This document shows, in pieces, positions 17,289 to 25,454 of a DNA stretch of 64,000 nt. This stretch comes from an uncultured Verrucomicrobia subdivision 3 bacterium (lineage in GTDB: Bacteria; Verrucomicrobiota; Verrucomicrobiia; Limisphaerales; UBA11358), in contig CAIXBQ010000103.1 of the NCBI GenBank assembly GCA_903917705.1, positions 36,889 to 100,888 on the forward strand, in the 5' to 3' direction. Every line of letters begins with the position of its first letter. Position 1 is the stretch's first letter. The notes under the pieces were generated by a model. The model worked only from the letters and a program-made list of their open reading frames with translations, was not told the origin of the DNA and made no database searches. Position numbers and translations under genes: made by a program.

Positions 17289-18265
17289 GAGGCGACCAGT
17301 TTTGTTCCCTCGAAATCGAACCGGAAGCGGACTTCCTTCAAGCCGTGCTGCCGCATCGCGTGACGGAGCCGGGCCTTGTCCTCGGCGTAGAACATCAGGA
17401 AGCCGCCCCCGCCCGCGCCGATAAGCTTGCCGCCCAGCGCGCCGCTCGCCAGCGCGAGGTCATACCATTCATTTATCTTGGGATTGCTCATCCCGCCGCT
17501 GCGCTGCTTTTTGCGCTGCCAGTGAACGTCCATCAGCCGCGCAAACTCGGGCAAATTTCCGGCCTCCAGCGCAGCCTGGCTTTGCAAGCCGAGGTCTTTG
17601 ACAAAGTGCAGATTTTCGAGCATGGCCTGGTCATCCGATTTGGACTTTTGATCCTGCTCCTTCAGGATGGATGACGCGCTCCGGGAATAGCCGGTGAAAA
17701 ACAGCAGCAGATTATCCTCCAGATTGTCGCGCGTTTCATCGGAGACTTTCAACGGCCAGGCCTCGACCTTGCCGCCCGGGTGAAAATTAAAACAGGTCAG
17801 CCCGCCGTAGGCCGCAATATATTGATCCTGTTTGCCGATGGGTTCTTTCAAGCGGTTCAGTTCGATGTCGCAGGCCTGGGCGGCGAGTTCGGCAGGATGC
17901 ACCAGATCTTTTTTCTGCGCATGCAGCGCCTTGAGCAACGCCGTGGTAAAGCTCCCGGACGAGCCAAGTCCCGTTCCGGAGGGAATGTCCGCCATGGAAG
18001 TCACTTCCAACCCCCGCCCGTCCATGCCCAGCAGGCCGAAGGCTTCGCGAATGATGGGATGCTCCAGCTTGCCGGCGTCTTCGACCCGCTCCAGCCGCGA
18101 GTACTTCACGATCAGGTCGGGGGTGAAATTCTCGTGCAAGGTGATGTAAACGTAGCGGTCAATGGCGCCGGCGACGAGAAAGCCGCCGTGCTTTTCATAA
18201 TACGACGGCAGATCGGTGCCACCGCCACCAAGGCTGATGCGAAGAGGGGAGCGCGCAATGATCAT
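17285..18265 (-). CDS. hddA: GHMP-family sugar kinase, D-glycero-alpha-D-manno-heptose-7-phosphate kinase-like
   Basis: PLRISLGGGGTDLPSYY, PSGTGLGSSGSFTTAL (GHMP motif II) and GAGGGGFLMF (motif III). 4-nt overlap with hddC. Confidence 0.8.
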   Translation of the reverse strand: MIIARSPLRISLGGGGTDLPSYYEKHGGFLVAGAIDRYVYITLHENFTPDLIVKYSRLERVEDAGKLEHPIIREAFGLLGMDGRGLEVTSMADIPSGTGLGSSGSFTTALLKALHAQKKDLVHPAELAAQACDIELNRLKEPIGKQDQYIAAYGGLTCFNFHPGGKVEAWPLKVSDETRDNLEDNLLLFFTGYSRSASSILKEQDQKSKSDDQAMLENLHFVKDLGLQSQAALEAGNLPEFARLMDVHWQRKKQRSGGMSNPKINEWYDLALASGALGGKLIGAGGGGFLMFYAEDKARLRHAMRQHGLKEVRFRFDFEGTKLVAS

Positions 18266-18268
18266 AGG

Positions 18269-19255
18269 TTATTTCTGATAAATTTGTTCCACGACAGCCA
18301 GCGCCGCCCGCGCCTCCTTCAAGCCGGGCACGGGCGTCCGTTTCAGTTTGATATCCTCAAAGAATTCCGCCATCTCGATTTTCCACGATTCGTCGCCGCG
18401 CGGGAACTCATAAATAGTCGTCTCCGGCGGGCCCATCTGCGGCAGCATTTTATAATACGTCAGGCGCTCGATGCCGTAGCTGCCGCCGAGGCCCTCCCAG
18501 TGGAGTTTCGCGTCGCGCCCGTAAATTTCGAGGCTGAACAGATTTTTCCATTCGCTGCAACTGACGTGCAGCCAGGCGGTATGGCCCGCCGCATTGCGCA
18601 GGCTCAAAAACGCGTTGTCGTCCACCGGCATTTTCCAAAAATAGGTGGCCGCATGGCCTTCAACCTTGGTGAACTCGCCGAGAAAAATTCCCGCGAGGTC
18701 GATCAGGTGAACCCCCTGGTCAATCAACTCGCCGCCGCCGGAAAGTTTCGGGTCGGCGCGCCATTCTTTTTCGTAGCCCACGCGGCCGCCCTGGCCGTAG
18801 CGGCCCCGCACAAACATCATCGGCCCCAGGGCGCCGCTGCGGAAAATTTCCACCGCCTTCAAACCGGCCGGATGGTAACGGTGATTGTAACCGACGCGGA
18901 CAAGCGCGCCGGTTTTTTTCGCGGCGGCGGCCAATTCGTCCAGTTCGGACACGCTGATGCCGGCGGGTTTTTCAACGAGGACATGCTTGCCGTTTTTGAC
19001 CGCCGCGAGCGCGATCGGCGCGAGCGCGGAATTGACCGTCGCGATCATCACCGCGTCCACGGCTGGCGAGCTGACGGCCGACTCAAAGGATGCCGTGGCG
19101 ACGCACCCGGGGCTTTGCGCGGCCAGCTTTTTGGCGCGCTCAAGCCGGGTGTCGCATGCGACGGTGACGCAGCCGGGCGGCAGCAGGTTCAGCCGCTTTT
19201 GCCCGATGAGGCCACAGCCAATCAGGGCGATGCGATCAAGTTTGGGTTGGCTCAT
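18269..19255 (-). CDS. Gfo/Idh/MocA family NAD(P)-dependent oxidoreductase
   Basis: Rossmann N-terminus IALIGCGLIGQKR and the HVLVEKP motif. Confidence 0.8.
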   Translation of the reverse strand: MSQPKLDRIALIGCGLIGQKRLNLLPPGCVTVACDTRLERAKKLAAQSPGCVATASFESAVSSPAVDAVMIATVNSALAPIALAAVKNGKHVLVEKPAGISVSELDELAAAAKKTGALVRVGYNHRYHPAGLKAVEIFRSGALGPMMFVRGRYGQGGRVGYEKEWRADPKLSGGGELIDQGVHLIDLAGIFLGEFTKVEGHAATYFWKMPVDDNAFLSLRNAAGHTAWLHVSCSEWKNLFSLEIYGRDAKLHWEGLGGSYGIERLTYYKMLPQMGPPETTIYEFPRGDESWKIEMAEFFEDIKLKRTPVPGLKEARAALAVVEQIYQK

Positions 19256-19411
19256 AGCGGTAATCCCGGTTCGACCGGGGCAGATTAGAAAAACGGATTA
19301 GAAATGGGGCGAGGCGGCGACAGCGGCTCAAACGAGCACCCCCGGAAAAAGCATCAGACTGGAACAAGGGAAAAGCCTCATCCCATTTACGGTCAGCGGA
19401 TAGTGGGGGCC

Positions 19412-19473
19412 GGTTTTGGCGCTTTTTGGCGCGATTTGGCGTATTTTGGCGGCTTTTGGCACCCTGTTTTGGC
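19412..19473. repeat. Six T-tract iterons, G(C/G)nTTTTGGC; five are spaced exactly 10 bp apart
   Basis: TTGGC ends at 19420, 19430, 19440, 19450 and 19460, then at 19473. Confidence 0.9.
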
Positions 19474-19542
19474 GCGCGCCCGAATGGGGAAAGGCAGAAG
19501 GAAGAAGGCAGAATGTAGAAAGTGCGTGCCGCACGGGCCATC

Positions 19543-19580
19543 AATTGGCACGAATAGGAAAGGGTCAGAACCTTTACAAC
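19543..19580. repeat. Copy 1 of a ~38-bp direct repeat (AATTGGCRCGAATRGGAAAGGGTCAG..TTTAC)
   Basis: Matches 19771-19810 with a few substitutions. Confidence 0.8.
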
Positions 19581-19770
19581 TCCCCGGGTAAAAACTTTAT
19601 CGCTACCGTTTTCTTTACCACCCCAAGGCTCATCTTTTGTAAGTGCTTGATAGAGGTTAAAAAACTTTACCTTTTCTTTACCACTTTCATTTTTTGAGGG
19701 GTGGTAAAGCGGAAGGGTCGCGCGACGAAAGCGAAGGAGGCGAAGCGGAAAAGCAGACACAAATTGCCCG

Positions 19771-19810
19771 AATTGGCGCGAATGGGAAAGGGTCAGGGAT
19801 TTTACCAACA
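19771..19810. repeat. Copy 2 of the ~38-bp direct repeat
   Basis: AATTGGCGCGAATGGGAAAGGGTCAGGGATTTTACCAACA versus AATTGGCACGAATAGGAAAGGGTCAGAACCTTTACAAC. Confidence 0.8.
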
Positions 19811-19927
19811 ACTGGAGCAGGTTTTGCAAGTGGTTGATGGAATTTTCAAAATTTGACCGTTTCTTGACCCTGGCGAGGCATTTTTTGCACGGTCCGGTTT
19901 TCAGGAGGGGGTGGTGGCCGCGAAGAT

Positions 19928-19962
19928 GACATTTCGTGACATTTCGTGACATTTCGTGACAT
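19928..19962. repeat. 10-bp word GACATTTCGT x3 plus a partial fourth copy
   Basis: Units at 19928-37, 19938-47 and 19948-57, followed by GACAT. Confidence 0.95.
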
Positions 19963-20271
19963 GAATTTGAATTTTGCAACGCCAAGCGCATAGCCGGGAT
20001 GCAAAATTCATCGCCAAGACGCCAGGTGGAACCGGAGACTACGGACGTCAGACCACCGACCGGCGGGTGGCGATCCACGACGGGGCGACACCGGTTGGCA
20101 GACCGGTTAGATGCTGGCGGCACGGTAACCATGCGATATTATGGTCCGATGTTTCGGCGGATGCAAGAAAAATATCTGTACAATAATAATATCATACAAA
20201 CATAGTTGTTTTCATAATGCGGCAGCGTGAGCCTCCGAGGGCGGCCATGTGATTTTGAAAGGGGCGGCATA

Positions 20272-21072
20272 TCAACTCCATTTCCGGCCGCGATCTTCCG
20301 GCAGGATCCGGCGCAGGGTATAAATATCCGACTTCATCAACTCCTCGCGCAAGGCGGCGAGATTTTGCCAGGGATCCCACGGCGCGCTGATGAGCCGGCC
20401 GCTGAGACCATCGCTTTGGGGGGAGAGCAGCAGTTCGACGAGGCTGAGCACTTTTTCGAGTTTGGCGGAATTATCGCGCCCAAGCCGGGCGGCGGATTCA
20501 AATTCCCTGGGTCCGGCAAGGGTTTCGCCACGCGCGAGAACCTCCTCGGTCATTCTGGTGAAAATGGCGCCGGGCGCGATGGCGTTGATATCAGGCGGAC
20601 AACCTGCCCACTCGGCGGCGAGCGTTTCGACGAGGCGAACCACGCCGGTTTTGGCAACGCCGTAAGCGGCAAAATTCGGCCGCGGACTGGTCGAGCCGCC
20701 ACCCGAGAAACAAATCACTTTCGCCCGGGCGGAAGATTTTTTCAGCAACGGATAAAACGCGCGAATGGCGAAGAAAGTTCCGTCCAGATTGACCGCGAGA
20801 TTTTTGCGCCATGCGAGCGGGTCCATTTCCATGGCCGGGCCGATGGGCTCCTGGGTGCCGGCGCAGCAAATGAGCGCATCCGCATTTTCCCAGGCCGCGG
20901 AAACTTTTTTGGCGCACTCTGCCACGGCGCTCCAGTCGGAAACGTCGCACTGAAAACCAAAGCCGGCCTGCGGCGAGCGGGCGAGGCGGCAGACCTCATG
21001 GCCTTTGCCCGCGAGGGAGTCCGCGAGAAACCGGCCGATGCCGCTGCTGCTGCCGGTGAGGACGATTTTCAT
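20272..21072 (-). CDS. Short-chain dehydrogenase/reductase (classical SDR)
   Basis: Start taken at MKIVLTGSSSGIGRF (the ORF track extends to 21234, which would overlap the upstream gene). Catalytic YGVAK. Confidence 0.8.
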   Translation of the reverse strand: MKIVLTGSSSGIGRFLADSLAGKGHEVCRLARSPQAGFGFQCDVSDWSAVAECAKKVSAAWENADALICCAGTQEPIGPAMEMDPLAWRKNLAVNLDGTFFAIRAFYPLLKKSSARAKVICFSGGGSTSPRPNFAAYGVAKTGVVRLVETLAAEWAGCPPDINAIAPGAIFTRMTEEVLARGETLAGPREFESAARLGRDNSAKLEKVLSLVELLLSPQSDGLSGRLISAPWDPWQNLAALREELMKSDIYTLRRILPEDRGRKWS

Positions 21073-21082
21073 AAGGCAAAGC

Positions 21083-21161
21083 GGAAAGTGGAAAGTGGAA
21101 ACCGGCGACGGGAGCACCAAGGGAAAGACCGGTTCCCGAGGTCTGATGTCCGAGGTCCGAT
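21083..21161. repeat. Intergenic stuttered words (GGAAAGT x2 plus GGAAAC; CCGAGGTCTGAT / CCGAGGTCCGAT)
   Basis: Read directly in the 91-nt spacer between two minus-strand genes. Confidence 0.8.
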
Positions 21162-21163
21162 CT

Positions 21164-22138
21164 TCATGTGCGTGTTTCGTAGACCCATTGGTTTTGCTGC
21201 AGCCATTGGAGCGTGCGGCCGATGCCCTGTTCAATCGTCAGGGACGGTTTCCAGCCGGTGCCGCGGATTTTCCGGGTATCGAGGAAGATGAACGGGTTGT
21301 CGCCGACCCAGCCGCGGCTGCCGCCGGTGTATTCCAGTTTCGGCTGCAAACCCAGCGCGCCGCAGAGATAGCCGATGGACTGGTTGACCTGGACGTATTC
21401 GTTGGTGCCGAGATTGTAAATTTCCGCGCCATGCCGGGCGTTTTTGGCCGTCCCGAGGCCCATGACATGGAGCATGGCGCTGACACAGTCCTGAACGTAG
21501 AGATAACTTTTCCGCTGCGAACCGTCGCCGAGCACCTGCAGGCGGCCGGGATGTTCGAGGAGCTGCCGGTAGAAATCAAAAACGTGGCCGTGCGTGTAGC
21601 GCTCGCCGAGGATGGAAACGAACCGGAAAATGTAGCCCTCGAATTTGAAGCCTTCGCAGTAGGATGAGATCATGCCCTCGCCGGCCAGCTTGGAGGCGGC
21701 GTAAAGCGAGGTCTGCACGGGAAACGGCGCGACTTCCGGCGTGGGAATGGTTTCCGCCTCGCCATAAACGCTGCCCGTGGAGGAAAAGGCGATGCGCCGG
21801 ATGCCGTTGGCGCGCATGGCTTCGAGCACGTGGAAGGTGGCGACGGTGTTCTGCTGCAGGTCTTTGGAGGGATGGTCGAGGCCAAAACGGACGTCGGCGT
21901 TCGCGGCCAGATGGAACACGGTGTCGCAGCCGGCCATGGCCTTCGTCAGGGCGGGCAGATCGAGATTGTCGCCTTCGACCAGCTGGAAACGGTCGTGGCC
22001 CAGCGCGCCGGCCAGGAATTTTTGCCGGCCGGTGGAAAAGTTATCCCAGCCGGTGACGGATTTGCCGTCGGCCAGCAGGCGGTCAACCAGATTGCTGCCG
22101 ATAAAACCCGCCGCGCCGGTGACAAAAATTCGTTGCAT
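21164..22138 (-). CDS. NAD-dependent nucleotide-sugar epimerase/dehydratase (extended SDR)
   Basis: VTGAAGFIGSNLVDRL and the catalytic YAASKLAGE. Confidence 0.8.
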   Translation of the reverse strand: MQRIFVTGAAGFIGSNLVDRLLADGKSVTGWDNFSTGRQKFLAGALGHDRFQLVEGDNLDLPALTKAMAGCDTVFHLAANADVRFGLDHPSKDLQQNTVATFHVLEAMRANGIRRIAFSSTGSVYGEAETIPTPEVAPFPVQTSLYAASKLAGEGMISSYCEGFKFEGYIFRFVSILGERYTHGHVFDFYRQLLEHPGRLQVLGDGSQRKSYLYVQDCVSAMLHVMGLGTAKNARHGAEIYNLGTNEYVQVNQSIGYLCGALGLQPKLEYTGGSRGWVGDNPFIFLDTRKIRGTGWKPSLTIEQGIGRTLQWLQQNQWVYETRT

Positions 22139-22531
22139 GATTCAGGCGAACGATAGCAACCCGGGAATCAGGTCGCCAGTATTTTTGGCTCCGGAGCCCA
22201 CGCAAGACCATGGCAGCGGTGCGATCAAAACCGGATTTTCACCGGGCGGGCGCCGGCAAAATCCAACCTTGACGGCACGGACCGGCCGGATAAATTTGTG
22301 TTTCGCTGAGGGATTGCACGGACGGGTTCAAAAATTCAACTTAAAGTTGACGCCCTGACAGGATGAGCACGCCCTTGAAACGGAAGCCGGGGGAGGGCAT
22401 AGCGCACACCGCCGCCGCACCGATTGGAACCGGAGCAGGGCGCAAGCCCCGTTAAATTATAATGAAGACCGCCAATTCGACTGACACATCCTCAGGGGAA
22501 GGCAAGGACAGGCTAAATATAGCCTCCGGCT

Positions 22532-23920
22532 ATGCTATTTAACAGCGGCATATTTTTATTCGCCTTCCTGCCGATCGCCTATCTGGTTTTCTGGCAGCTC
22601 AAAACCAAGCAGCAGCGCTATGTCTGGCTGACGATCACGGGCTACGTTTTTTACTCGTTTTGGAACTACAAGTTTTGCGCGCTGATGGCGTTTTCGACGA
22701 TGGTCAGCTATGTGGCGGGGCTGGGGTTTTTGAAATGGAAGGATCCCCACCGCCGGCGGCTATGCCTGGTCATCCCCATCGCGGTGGACCTCCTGCTGCT
22801 GGGTTTCTTCAAATATGCAAACTTCGTAGTGGAATCAGCGGAGACAATCGCCAAATGGGCGGATTCCCCGTTTCACGCGGCCACGATGTCGATCATCCTG
22901 CCGGTCGGCATTTCATTCTACACATTTCACACGATCACCTACATCGTGGACAGCTATCGCGGCACGATCAAACCGACGAGAAATTTCTTCGAGTTCACAG
23001 CCTATGTGTCGCTTTTTTCCCAATTGGTGGCCGGGCCCATTGTCAGGTTCCGCCAAATCGAGGGCGATCTTGAAAACATCGACCATGCCAACCGCTGGGG
23101 AGCCCGGAGCATCGGCTGGTCCTATTTCATCATCGGAATGGTCAAGAAGGTGCTGATCGCCGACACCATCGCGAGCATGATCAATCCCGGGCTTCATGCC
23201 GATCATCCGATACCCACCGCGACCGCCTGGCTGCTGACGCTGGGCTACACCTACCAGCTCTATTTCGATTTTTCCGGCTATAGCGACATGGCAGTGGGGC
23301 TGGGTCATCTCTTTGGCCTGCGCCTGCCGCAGAATTTCAATTCCCCGTACAAGGCGCTGAATGTGGGCGACTTCTGGCACCGCTGGCACATCTCGCTTTC
23401 CAGTTGCCTGCGTGATTACCTGTATATCCCGATGGGGGGCGGCCGCGGACCCCTATGGAAGGTGAACCGGAACCTGCTGATCACGATGCTGCTGGGCGGG
23501 CTGTGGCACGGGGCGAATTGGACGTTCGTCGTATGGGGGGCGTATCATGGCCTGCTCCTGCTGGTGCATCGGATGATTGCCCCATCCTGGGAACGGCTGC
23601 CCGTCGTGGTGCAGCGGGCCGCGACTTTCCTGCTGGTGATGATCGGCTGGGTTTTCTTCCGCTCGGATAACTTCGGGATGGCGTTCGGGTGGCTGCATTC
23701 CATGTTTTGCTGGGTCCCCGGCAGCGGCCTCCCCTGGGAAGCCGGCCTGCTGGCCATGCTGGCCGCCGCCGGGGCCATCGCTCACTTGGGGCGGAACACC
23801 TTTGAACTGCGCCATGAATGGAATCCATGGTCCAGCCTGGGGCTGGCGGTGCTGTTCACCGCCTGCGTGATGCAGGTGGTTGGCGGACAATGGACCCCGT
23901 TCCTATATTTTCAATTTTGA
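22532..23920 (+). CDS. MBOAT-family membrane O-acyltransferase (AlgI/DltB-like)
   Basis: N-terminus MLFNSGIFLFAFLPIAYLVF, the conserved His region FWHRWHISLSSCLRDYLYIPMGG, and GGLWHGANW. Confidence 0.88.
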   Translation: MLFNSGIFLFAFLPIAYLVFWQLKTKQQRYVWLTITGYVFYSFWNYKFCALMAFSTMVSYVAGLGFLKWKDPHRRRLCLVIPIAVDLLLLGFFKYANFVVESAETIAKWADSPFHAATMSIILPVGISFYTFHTITYIVDSYRGTIKPTRNFFEFTAYVSLFSQLVAGPIVRFRQIEGDLENIDHANRWGARSIGWSYFIIGMVKKVLIADTIASMINPGLHADHPIPTATAWLLTLGYTYQLYFDFSGYSDMAVGLGHLFGLRLPQNFNSPYKALNVGDFWHRWHISLSSCLRDYLYIPMGGGRGPLWKVNRNLLITMLLGGLWHGANWTFVVWGAYHGLLLLVHRMIAPSWERLPVVVQRAATFLLVMIGWVFFRSDNFGMAFGWLHSMFCWVPGSGLPWEAGLLAMLAAAGAIAHLGRNTFELRHEWNPWSSLGLAVLFTACVMQVVGGQWTPFLYFQF

Positions 23921-23929
23921 TTCCCCACC

Positions 23930-25153
23930 ATGGCCAAACCCCTCAAAACCAAATCGCGGTGGCAGCTCGGGACGCTGGCCCCGGTCGTGCTGATCCTCGT
24001 GGCGGCGGCCGATGTGGCATTGCGGTTTCTCCCGATGGATTTCGTGTCTTTCCGGGCCTGGGAAGCCATGGAGTTCAACCGGGTGGAGGGAGTTCCCTTC
24101 CAGGCCTCAAAGGTCTATCACGGCTCACGGTGTTTCGGGGATCTGGCCAACATGGGCAATCTGCCGGCTCAACGTCATTACCGCGCGGAGACCTTTACCA
24201 GCGACCGGTACGGCTTTCGCAACCCGCCCGAGATGGCGGATGGCCCCGCGCCCGAGGTGTTGCTGATGGGCACATCGTATTCGGTGGGGGCGGGGGTCAA
24301 TGATGACGAAACCCTCTCCGCCCAGCTGGGCCGGCTGGCGCAATGCCGGGTGTATAACGCCGCCGGGAGCCTGGTAAAAACCCCCGAGGAAATCCGCTCG
24401 CTCGCCCAGCGGCTGCACATGAAAAGCGGGATCGTGATCTACGAATTTCTCGAAGGCCACTTCGTTTACCCGGAGTTTCAGGATTTTCTAAAAAAGCAGT
24501 ATCCCTGGCTCGTGCGGCCGCCGCCGCCCGAAGCGCCCAAGCCGGTGATCGACCGCGTCCTGCTCCGGGTGGGCGGGACGAACCTGCTGGCAACCTGGCA
24601 GCCGTTGAGCATTTCGCGGTTGCAGATCGTGTCCCAGCAGCTTTACCGCAAGCTCGAGAATGACCGGTTCCTGCCCAACCCGAAGCGAGCCGATATCCTT
24701 GTAAAAAAACTGAGCAACGGCGAAGAAATGCTGTTTGAACCCTGGGAAGCGGTGATGGATCAACAGCCGCGCGACCCCTCCTGGGCGGCGCCGTATTGGA
24801 GCTGGCTGGCGCAGGAATTGAGAAAGGACAATCTCGCATTGTTGGTCCTGCTGGTCCCGCAAAAATACACGATCTACAAACCGCTGCTCCAGGAACCGGC
24901 GCCACCGGCCGTGGAACCCACCGGCTATCTGGAACGGATCGAAGCCGAGCTGCGCAAAGCCGGCGTTCCGGTCGTCAATTTGACGGCGCCGATCAGCGCG
25001 GAAGCCCGAGCGCGGCTGGCACACGGGGAAACCATTTATTTCCCCGATGATTCGCACTGGAACGCCGCCGGGATTTCCATCGCCGCCCAGGTGATCACCA
25101 ATGTCTTTGCCAAACCGGCACCCGCCGGCGCCACCCCGGCCGCTCATCCGTAG
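23930..25153 (+). CDS. AlgX/AlgJ-like SGNH-type polysaccharide O-acetyltransferase partner
   Basis: N-terminal membrane anchor, the IYFPDDSHWNAAG motif, and a position immediately after the MBOAT gene. Confidence 0.65.
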   Translation: MAKPLKTKSRWQLGTLAPVVLILVAAADVALRFLPMDFVSFRAWEAMEFNRVEGVPFQASKVYHGSRCFGDLANMGNLPAQRHYRAETFTSDRYGFRNPPEMADGPAPEVLLMGTSYSVGAGVNDDETLSAQLGRLAQCRVYNAAGSLVKTPEEIRSLAQRLHMKSGIVIYEFLEGHFVYPEFQDFLKKQYPWLVRPPPPEAPKPVIDRVLLRVGGTNLLATWQPLSISRLQIVSQQLYRKLENDRFLPNPKRADILVKKLSNGEEMLFEPWEAVMDQQPRDPSWAAPYWSWLAQELRKDNLALLVLLVPQKYTIYKPLLQEPAPPAVEPTGYLERIEAELRKAGVPVVNLTAPISAEARARLAHGETIYFPDDSHWNAAGISIAAQVITNVFAKPAPAGATPAAHP

Positions 25154-25454
25154 AAGCCGGCGAACACTGTAGCAGTTCTTGGCAACATTGGGGACAGGCA
25201 GGTCGCGCTGCTCCGTGAGCGCCGTCGTGGTGAATACGACCGCGTCGTTGGCAATGGTGGCCGTCTGCAAAGACCGGCTCGCGAGGACGCTCGCCCCACC
25301 AAAGGAACTGAGCTGGTTTCAATATGAACGGCCATGGCCGCAGAATCCGCTTGCCTCCTCCGCCCGCTACCGTGGAAGCTGATGGTTGCGGATGACGCAC
25401 CGAGACCATGATTTTTGCGACCACTGACACATTGCGGCCGGCCGGCCGGCGCGC

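Noticed and set aside
17780-19288. 502-aa ORF antisense to hddA and the Gfo/Idh/MocA gene
   Set aside because: It is a GC-driven shadow ORF with no motifs. The minus-strand genes have clear GHMP and Rossmann signatures.
19236-20132. 298-aa ORF on the minus strand spanning the long spacer
   Set aside because: It reads straight through the tandem repeats (for example ..AKSAKIRQIAPKSAKT.., ..HEMSRNVTKCHL..). It has no recognisable domain, has odd composition, and would overlap the oxidoreductase gene start. It was treated as non-coding.
20227-21291. 354-aa plus-strand ORF, and the long 320-aa version of the SDR gene
   Set aside because: The plus-strand ORF is antisense to a clear SDR. The SDR itself most plausibly starts at MKIVLTGSSSGIG (21072), because the longer form would overlap the upstream epimerase gene by 70 nt.
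25160-25270. Possible gene fragment (minus strand peptide MQTATIANDAVVFTTTALTEQRD..) in the 300-nt gap before the flippase gene
   Set aside because: It is only ~35 protein-like residues before the frame runs antisense into the AlgX-like gene. There is no motif to support a pseudogene call.
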